From assembly GCA_963782815.1 (NCBI GenBank), contig CAWALG010000030.1, forward strand, positions 164,284 to 228,283: 64,000 nt of DNA. Reading direction: 5' to 3'. Positions within the stretch are counted from its first letter, which is position 1. The number at the start of each line of letters is the position of its first letter. Positions 57,344 to 64,000 of this stretch are shown here, one piece after another. A program made the position numbers and the translations under genes. The DNA comes from an uncultured Acidobacteriota bacterium (lineage in GTDB: Bacteria > Acidobacteriota > Thermoanaerobaculia > UBA5066 > Gp7-AA6). The notes beneath the pieces were generated by a model, which was not told where the DNA came from, searched no databases, and worked only from the letters and a program-made list of their open reading frames with translations.

Positions 57344-59974
57344 ATGAGCCTGATCTCCGGCAGCCGGCTCGGCCCCTACGAGGTCCTCTCGCCCCTGGGC
57401 GCGGGAGGGATGGGGGAGGTTTACAAGGCGAGGGACGCGCGGCTCGAGCGGACGGTGGCGATCAAGGTCCTGCCGACACAGCTCTCGTCGAGCGAGGAGG
57501 TGCGGCAGCGGTTCGAGCGGGAGGCGAAGACGATCTCGCAGCTTTCGCACCCGCACATCTGCGCGATCTACGACGTCGGGAACCAGGACGGGGTCGAGTA
57601 CCTCGTCATGGAGTACCTCGAAGGGGAGACGCTGGCGGAGCGGCTGGTCAAGGGCCCGCTTCCGACGGAGCAGACGCTGCGTTACGGGATCGAGATCGCG
57701 GACGCGCTGGATAAGGCGCACCGTCAGGGGATCGTGCATCGGGACTTGAAGCCGGCCAACGTCATGCTGACGAAATCGGGCGTCAAGCTCCTGGACTTCG
57801 GCCTGGCCAAGGCGGTTCAGCCGGCGTCTTCGGCAGCCCCGTTGACGTCGCTCCCGACGGAGGGTCCGGCGCTGACGGCCGAAGGGACGATCCTCGGGAC
57901 CTTCCAGTACATGGCGCCGGAGCAGCTCGAAGCAAAGGAAGCCGATGCCCGGACGGACATCTTCGCCTTCGGCGCGGTGCTGTACGAGATGGCGACGGGG
58001 CAGAAGGCGTTTTCGGGACGGAGCCGCGCTTCCCTGATCGGCGCGATCCTGAAAGATGAGCCGCCGCCCATCTCGACGGTGCAGCCGATGACGCCTCCCG
58101 CGTTGGACCGCGTCGTCAAGACGTGTCTCGCCAAGGACCCGGAGGAGCGCTGGCACTCGGCTCACGATGTCGGCCTCGAGCTTCGCGCCGTCTCCGAAGG
58201 CGCGGTGATTCCCGGCTCGCGACAGGCGGCTTCACGCTTTCGATTTCTTCCCTGGTTGGTCGCGGTCGTTGCGGCCGCCGCCGCGGTGGCGTCTCTGTCG
58301 ATCGTGCGCGCGCGGAGTGGTCAGCCACCGCGTACGATCCGCTTCTCCATCCCGCCTCCGGCAAATGGAGCCTTTTCATCCTTTGTGGAGGTCTCTTTTC
58401 TCGCCGTCTCGCCCGACGGATCGCAGCTCGCATACGTCGCATCGGATTCGCAGCACGGGCAGCGCGTCTTCCTCCGGCCACTGTCCGCGTTCGACGCCCG
58501 GCCGATTCCCGGAACCGAAGGCGCCGACTCGATCTTCTTTTCGCCCGATGGCCGTTCGCTCGCTTTTTTCGCGCAGGACAAGTTGAAACGCGTCGAGCTC
58601 GCCGGAGGCGCGGCCGTCTCGATCTGCGACGTCCCCTCCGGCGCGCACTCCTCAGGGACCTGGGGCAGCGGCGGAAACATTCTCTTTGCCGGAGCAAAGG
58701 CGATTTCCCGCGTTTCGGCGGCGGGCGGCGTGCCGGCCGAGACGATCCGGTGCGATCTCTCGCGTGGCGAGGCGCGGGTCCGCTGGCCCTGGTTCCTCCC
58801 GGACGGCGAGCGATTCCTTTACCTTCTTCGTCATCTCGACGGCCATGGCGAGTTGATGCTGGCAGAGCCCGGGAAGCGGCCACGCCCCCTCATGGCCCTG
58901 GAGTCTGCCGTGCAGTACGTCGACCCCGGCTATCTCGTGTTCGCGAGGGAAGGGGCCCTGCTGGCGCAGCGCTTCGATGCGGATAGCGGCCGGGTCGTGG
59001 GCGAGCCCTTTTCGATCGCCGAGCGCGTGCGGTACTTTGCCTCGACGGGCGCCGCTTCCTTCGCCACGTCGCGGACCGGTACGCTCGCCTACCAAGCCCA
59101 GGAGAACGTGAGGAGTCTGAACTGGTTCGACCGAGCCGGTCGCGAGCTCGGAACCGTCGGTTCGCCCGGGTACTACTTGAGCGTCTCGATTTCCCCGGAC
59201 GGCCGGCGGGCTGTCTTCGATCGAGCCCGGTCCGGGATCGGGACCTACGACGTCTGGTCTCTCGACTTCGAGCGGGGGACGGAGACCCCCGTCACTTCGG
59301 AGCCGGGAACCGAGGTCTATCCAATCTGGCTGCCCGGCGGAAGGAGCGTCGCCTACTCCGCCACCCGGACCACCGTGCCGCAACTCTTCCGCAGGGACCT
59401 CGCGACCGGGAAGGAGGAGAAGCTCCTTCCCGTAGGAGGATTCCAGATCGCACAAGATGTCTCGCCCGACGGCAGGTCTCTCGCTTACATAGAATCGAGC
59501 GGGCACGGCTGGTTCGACGTCTGGGCTCTCGATCTGTCCGGCGGCGGTAAGCCGGTCGCTCTCCTGCAGTCGCCGTTCGACAAGGGTTACGTGCGCTTCT
59601 CGGCCGACGGCCGCTCCGTAGCGATGATCACGGGCGAGTCCGGCCAATCGGAAGTCTACGTGACGGCCTATCCCGGGCCCGGGGAGAGGATCCGCGTTTC
59701 GACCGGAGGAGCCCGGGGTCTGCGCTGGAGCCGCGAGGGCCGGGAGCTCCTCTATCTCTCTGCGGACGGGCACATGATGTCGGTACCTGTGAGGACGTCT
59801 CCTTCGCCCGAGCTCGGAGCTCCGACCGCGCTCTTCGAACTGAAAGGGTCGATCTGGGCGGGCTTCGACGTATCGCCGGACGGCAAGCGATTTCTCGCCA
59901 TCGTTCCGAAGATTGTCGCCGACGAGCTTCCGCTCACCGTTGTCGCCAACTGGGCATCCGAGGTCCGCAAGTGA
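57344..59974 (+). CDS. Ser/Thr kinase K4 with TM and PD40 propellers
   Basis: Intact 876-aa ORF; kinase domain nearly identical to K2. Confidence 0.93.
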   Translation: MSLISGSRLGPYEVLSPLGAGGMGEVYKARDARLERTVAIKVLPTQLSSSEEVRQRFEREAKTISQLSHPHICAIYDVGNQDGVEYLVMEYLEGETLAERLVKGPLPTEQTLRYGIEIADALDKAHRQGIVHRDLKPANVMLTKSGVKLLDFGLAKAVQPASSAAPLTSLPTEGPALTAEGTILGTFQYMAPEQLEAKEADARTDIFAFGAVLYEMATGQKAFSGRSRASLIGAILKDEPPPISTVQPMTPPALDRVVKTCLAKDPEERWHSAHDVGLELRAVSEGAVIPGSRQAASRFRFLPWLVAVVAAAAAVASLSIVRARSGQPPRTIRFSIPPPANGAFSSFVEVSFLAVSPDGSQLAYVASDSQHGQRVFLRPLSAFDARPIPGTEGADSIFFSPDGRSLAFFAQDKLKRVELAGGAAVSICDVPSGAHSSGTWGSGGNILFAGAKAISRVSAAGGVPAETIRCDLSRGEARVRWPWFLPDGERFLYLLRHLDGHGELMLAEPGKRPRPLMALESAVQYVDPGYLVFAREGALLAQRFDADSGRVVGEPFSIAERVRYFASTGAASFATSRTGTLAYQAQENVRSLNWFDRAGRELGTVGSPGYYLSVSISPDGRRAVFDRARSGIGTYDVWSLDFERGTETPVTSEPGTEVYPIWLPGGRSVAYSATRTTVPQLFRRDLATGKEEKLLPVGGFQIAQDVSPDGRSLAYIESSGHGWFDVWALDLSGGGKPVALLQSPFDKGYVRFSADGRSVAMITGESGQSEVYVTAYPGPGERIRVSTGGARGLRWSREGRELLYLSADGHMMSVPVRTSPSPELGAPTALFELKGSIWAGFDVSPDGKRFLAIVPKIVADELPLTVVANWASEVRK

Positions 59975-62668
59975 CGCTCGCCTCGGGGAGTCGCCTCGGC
60001 CCCTACGAGATCCTTGCGCCGATCGGCGCAGGGGGGATGGGGGAGGTCTACAAGGCGAAAGACACTCGCCTCGAGCGGACGGTCGCGGTGAAGGTGCTGC
60101 CGTCGCACCTCTCTTCGTCCGAGGAGGTCCGGCAGCGGTTCGAGCGGGAGGCGAAGACGATCTCCTCGCTCTCGCACCCTCACATCTGCGCGCTCTACGA
60201 CGTCGGGAACCAGGACGGGGTCGAGTACCTCGTCATGGAGTACCTCGAAGGGGAGACGCTGGCGGACCGGCTGCTCAAGGGCGCGCTCCCGGCGGAGCAG
60301 ACGCTGCGTTTCGGGATCGAGATGGCCGACGCGCTGGACAAGGCGCACCGGCAGGGGATCGTGCACCGGGACTTGAAGCCCGGCAACGTGATGCTGACGA
60401 AGACCGGCGTGAAACTCCTCGACTTCGGCCTGGCGAAGTCATTTGAGCGGCCGCTCGACGCGGCCGAGGTCGCGGCCGGAAGTCGCATCCCGACTCACGG
60501 CTGCACGCGTGGGGGCTCACAACTTGACGCAGGAAGGGACGATTCTCGGGACGTTCCAGTACATGGCTCCCGAGCAGCTCGAGGGCAAGGAGGCGGACGC
60601 GCGCACGGACATCTTCGCCTTCGGCGCCGTCCTCTACGAGATGGCGACCGGGCGGAAGGCCTTCGCCGGCACGAGCCAGGCCTCGCTCATCTCCGCCATC
60701 ATGAAGGAGGAACCGGCGCCCATCGCGACACTTCAGCCGATGACACCGCCGGCTCTGGAGCGCGTGGTCCGGACCTGTCTCGCCAAGGACCCCGAGGACC
60801 GCTGGCAGAGCGCGCACGACATCAAGAGCGAGCTAGCGTGGATCTCCCAGGCCGGCTCGCAGGCCGGGGTCGCCGCTCCCGTCGCCGTCTCGCGGCGGAG
60901 GCGGGATCGGGCCGGATGGGCGGTTCTGGGAGTCCTCGCCGGCGCCGCCCTCGCGGCCGCCGTGTTCTGGGCGCTCTCCCGAACGCGGGGGGCGGCCCCG
61001 CAGCCCGTGACGAGGGTGGCCATCCCGATCCCGACCGGCGACGCCTTCGTCACCGACAACTACTCCTCGCTTGCCATCTCTCCCGACGGGCGCCGGGTCG
61101 TCTTCGTCGGACGCCGCGCGGACAAGAGACAGCTCTTTCTGCGTTCGCTCGACGCGGCGGAAGCCGTTCCCATCGCCGGAACCGAGGGTGCTTATTCGCC
61201 GTTTTTCTCGCCGGACGGCCAGTCGATCGGTTTCTGGAACGACGCGAGGATCAAGAAGGTCTCGGTCTCTGGAGGAGCGCCGGTCACGATCTGCGACTGC
61301 GGCGTTTACGAGCGGATGCTGGGCGGCTCCTGGGCGCCGGACGACACGATCGTATTCACGCCGAAATGGGCGAGCGGAATCCTGCGGGTCCCGGCTTCCG
61401 GAGGAGAGCCGAAGCCCGTGACGAAGGTGGACGCGAAGGGGGAGAACCGCGGGCACATCTGGCCGGAAGTGCTGCCGGGAGGCAAGGCCGTCCTCTACAC
61501 GATCTTCACCGGTGGAAGCCTGGACGATTACGCCATCGCCGTCTCCCCTCTCTCGACCGGGGAGCGAAAGATTCTCGTCAAGGGCGCGACGTACGGCCGG
61601 TACGCCGCCTCGGGCCATCTTCTCTACGTGCGCGCCGGCACCCTCTTCGCCGTGCCGTTCGACGTCCATCGGCTCGAGCTCACTGGAGTCGCCGTCGCCG
61701 TCGCGCAGGGAGTGTACGAAAACACGAATGGCGGCGCGGGCTACGCCGCGTCGGCCAACGGAACGCTCCTCTACGCGTCAGGAGGGATGGCGCTTCCCGA
61801 ACGGTCGCTGATGTGGGCGGACCGCAACGGAACGACGACCCCGGTGACGAAGATCCGAAAGTCTTTCAGCGATCCCCGCCTCTCTCCCGACGGCAAGCGA
61901 TTGGCCGTCCAGGTCCAGGCGGAGACGTACGACATCTGGGTCCTCGACATCGACCGCGACAGCCTGACGCGGTTCTCCTTCGGCAAGGACGACGCCCTCC
62001 CCGTCTGGTCGCCGGATGGAAGGCGAATCGTTTACAACTCGAGCCAGGCGGGGACATACAACCTCTACCTGCGCCGGTCGGACGGAAGCGGCTCGGACGA
62101 GCGCCTGACGACGGACCAGGACAACTCGAACGCTTCGTCCTTCTCTCCCGACGGCAGACTCCTTGTCTTCAACAAGGTCCGCGCGGGGATGCCGGAGATC
62201 TGGGTCTATCCCTTCGACAAAGGGTCTTCGCCGCGCCCCATCCTCCAGGGCCCATTCCGGTACGGGGGCGCAATGCTCTCGCCCGATGGGAAATGGCTGG
62301 CCTACGAATCCAACGAATCGGGAAAGGTAGAGGTCTACGTCACGGAGTTTCCCGGGCCCGGCGGCAAGTGGCAGATCTCGACGGACGGTGGTCGGGGCGC
62401 CCTGTGGGCGCCGGACGGCCGCGAGATCTTCTATCGGAAAGACAAGAAGGTCATGCGCGTCGCGGTCACGACGGCGCCGGCTTTTACGGCCTCGCGTCCG
62501 GAGACGCTCTTCGAAGGGGAGTACGAGAGCGGCTGGGACATCGCCCCGGACGGAAAGCGGTTCCTCATGATCAAGGACGAGACCGCTGAGTCGGCCCCCA
62601 AGCACTTGAACCTGGTGCTGAACTGGTTCGAGGACCTGAAGGCGCGGAGCCGGAGCGCTTCGAAGTGA
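59971..62668 (+). CDS. Ser/Thr kinase K5 with TM and PD40 propellers, frameshift near 60500
   Basis: ORFs 59971..62589 (N-part) and 60443..62668 (C-part); GTG overlaps the K4 stop; C-terminal HLNLVLNWF. Confidence 0.88.
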
Positions 62669-62678
62669 TCCTGGCGGG

Positions 62679-64000
62679 ATGATGGAACCCGGAACGCGGC
62701 TGGGCCCGTACGAAATCGTCGCGACCCTCGGCGCGGGCGGAATGGGAGAGGTCTACCGGGCCCGCGACAGCCGGTTGAAACGGGATGTCGCGATCAAGGT
62801 CCTGCCGGCGTCCTTCTCCAGTGACCCCGAGCGGCTGCGCCGTTTCGAGTTGGAGGCGCAGGCGGCGGGCAGCCTGAACCATCCCGGGATCACCGCGGTG
62901 TACGACTTCGGCACGCACGAGGGCGCGCCCTACATCGTCACGGAGCTTCTGGAAGGCGAGACGCTGCGGGCGCGGGTCGCGGGCGGGCCGCTGCCGTCCC
63001 GCAAGGCGCTCGACTACGCGGCGCAGCTCGCGAGAGGCCTGGCCGCCGCTCATGAAAAGGGGATCGTCCACCGGGATCTGAAGCCGGAGAACGTTTTCGT
63101 CACGCGCGACGGCCGCGTCAAGATCCTGGACTTCGGTCTGGCGAAGCTGAAGGAGAGCGATCTGCCCGCGGCCGGCCAGACCCATCTGCCGACCGAGGCC
63201 GGCGGAACGGAGCCGGGGGTCGTGCTCGGAACCATGGGATACATGTCCCCCGAGCAGGTGCGGGGCAAGCCCGCCGACCGCCGATCGGACATCTTCTCCT
63301 TCGGCGCGATTCTCTACGAGATGCTCTCGGGGCAGCGCGCCTTCCGCGCGGACACGGCCGCGGACACGATCACGGCGATCCTGACGAAGGAGCCTCCGGA
63401 CCTCTCGCAGACCAACCGCGACGTCCCCCCGGGCCTGGAGCGGATCGTGCGCCACTGCCTGGAGAAGAACTCCGAGGAGCGCTTCGAGTCGGCGCGCGAC
63501 CTCGCCTTCGATCTCGAAGCCCTGTCGGGGATTTCGGGGAGCGCGCCGGCAGTCACGACCGCGCCCGCCGCCGCGCGCCGGCGGCGTCCGGTCGCGCTGG
63601 CGCTCGTGGTGCTCATTGCCCTGGCGGGGATGGCGGCGGCCTACTTTGCCGGCAAGAAGGCGGGATACGTCAATCCTCCGAGCTTCCGCCAGATCACGTT
63701 CCGCCGGGGCCAGATCCAGTCGGCCCGGTTCGCGCCCGACGGTCAGACCATCCTCTACTCCGCGGCGTGGGAGGGAAGGCCCGTCGAGGTCTTCGTCAGC
63801 CGCCTGGACAGCCCGGAATCGCGGCCGTTCGGCCTGGCGGGCGCCGAGGTTCTGTCCATTTCTCCTTCCGGCGAGATGGCCGTCTCCCTGGGACGCCGTC
63901 CGCTGGGCGGCTTCGTGTCGACCGGGACCCTGGCCCGGATCGGGATGACCGGAGGAGGCTCGCCCAAGGAGGTGCTCGAGGACGTCCAGTGGGCGGATTG
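62679..64000 (+). CDS. Ser/Thr kinase K6 with TM and propeller start (runs off the window)
   Basis: [14 protein letters not shown]...[35 protein letters not shown] helix, RFAPDGQT; open to 64000, hence absent from the ORF track. Confidence 0.9.
   Translation, partial: MMEPGTRLGPYEIVATLGAGGMGEVYRARDSRLKRDVAIKVLPASFSSDPERLRRFELEAQAAGSLNHPGITAVYDFGTHEGAPYIVTELLEGETLRARVAGGPLPSRKALDYAAQLARGLAAAHEKGIVHRDLKPENVFVTRDGRVKILDFGLAKLKESDLPAAGQTHLPTEAGGTEPGVVLGTMGYMSPEQVRGKPADRRSDIFSFGAILYEMLSGQRAFRADTAADTITAILTKEPPDLSQTNRDVPPGLERIVRHCLEKNSEERFESARDLAFDLEALSGISGSAPAVTTAPAAARRRRPVALALVVLIALAGMAAAYFAGKKAGYVNPPSFRQITFRRGQIQSARFAPDGQTILYSAAWEGRPVEVFVSRLDSPESRPFGLAGAEVLSISPSGEMAVSLGRRPLGGFVSTGTLARIGMTGGGSPKEVLEDVQWAD

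Noticed and set aside
47344-64000. Diversity-generating retroelement or prophage behind the kinase array
   Set aside because: No reverse transcriptase, template/variable repeat pair with adenine-specific differences, integrase or phage structural gene in the window.

Overview
GC-rich bacterial chromosomal window. Gene style (carboxypeptidase-domain TonB receptor, expanded kinase/beta-propeller paralogues, heptamer intergenic repeats) suggests an uncultured Acidobacteriota such as Thermoanaerobaculia; this is inference, not a database result. Many genes in 1-26 kb and 54-61 kb are split by single-base frameshifts that look like assembly indels, while 27-50 kb is clean. Content in order: ArnT-like glycosyltransferase, FabL/FabI-like SDR, M16 peptidase pair; a probable beta-1,2-glucan utilisation locus (LacI with operator, TonB receptor, GH144, ABC transporter, an uncharacterised CBM/discoidin/(alpha/alpha)6 enzyme, GH1, MalK-type ATPase); YiiX-type amidase, Tat glycosylasparaginase, receiver domain, porin, HAMP-Ser/Thr kinase and cupredoxin-like protein; a two-UGA glutaredoxin-like selenoprotein missed by the ORF track, with SECIS-like hairpins after both UGAs; OPT transporter; kbl/tdh with kbl bracketed by inverted REP-like elements; class II FBA; an operon of degenerate QueD, Fe-S/NrfD fusion, Mo-bisPGD enzyme without Tat signal, TorD-like chaperone and CstB-like persulfide dioxygenase; SSS transporter, nucleotidyltransferase and atypical GHMP kinase; amidohydrolase; and a tandem array of at least six receptor-like Ser/Thr kinase-TM-TolB/PD40 propeller genes (47.3 kb to window end) interrupted by gene relics and a VapBC pair. 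No rRNA, tRNA, CRISPR array or transposase was seen.
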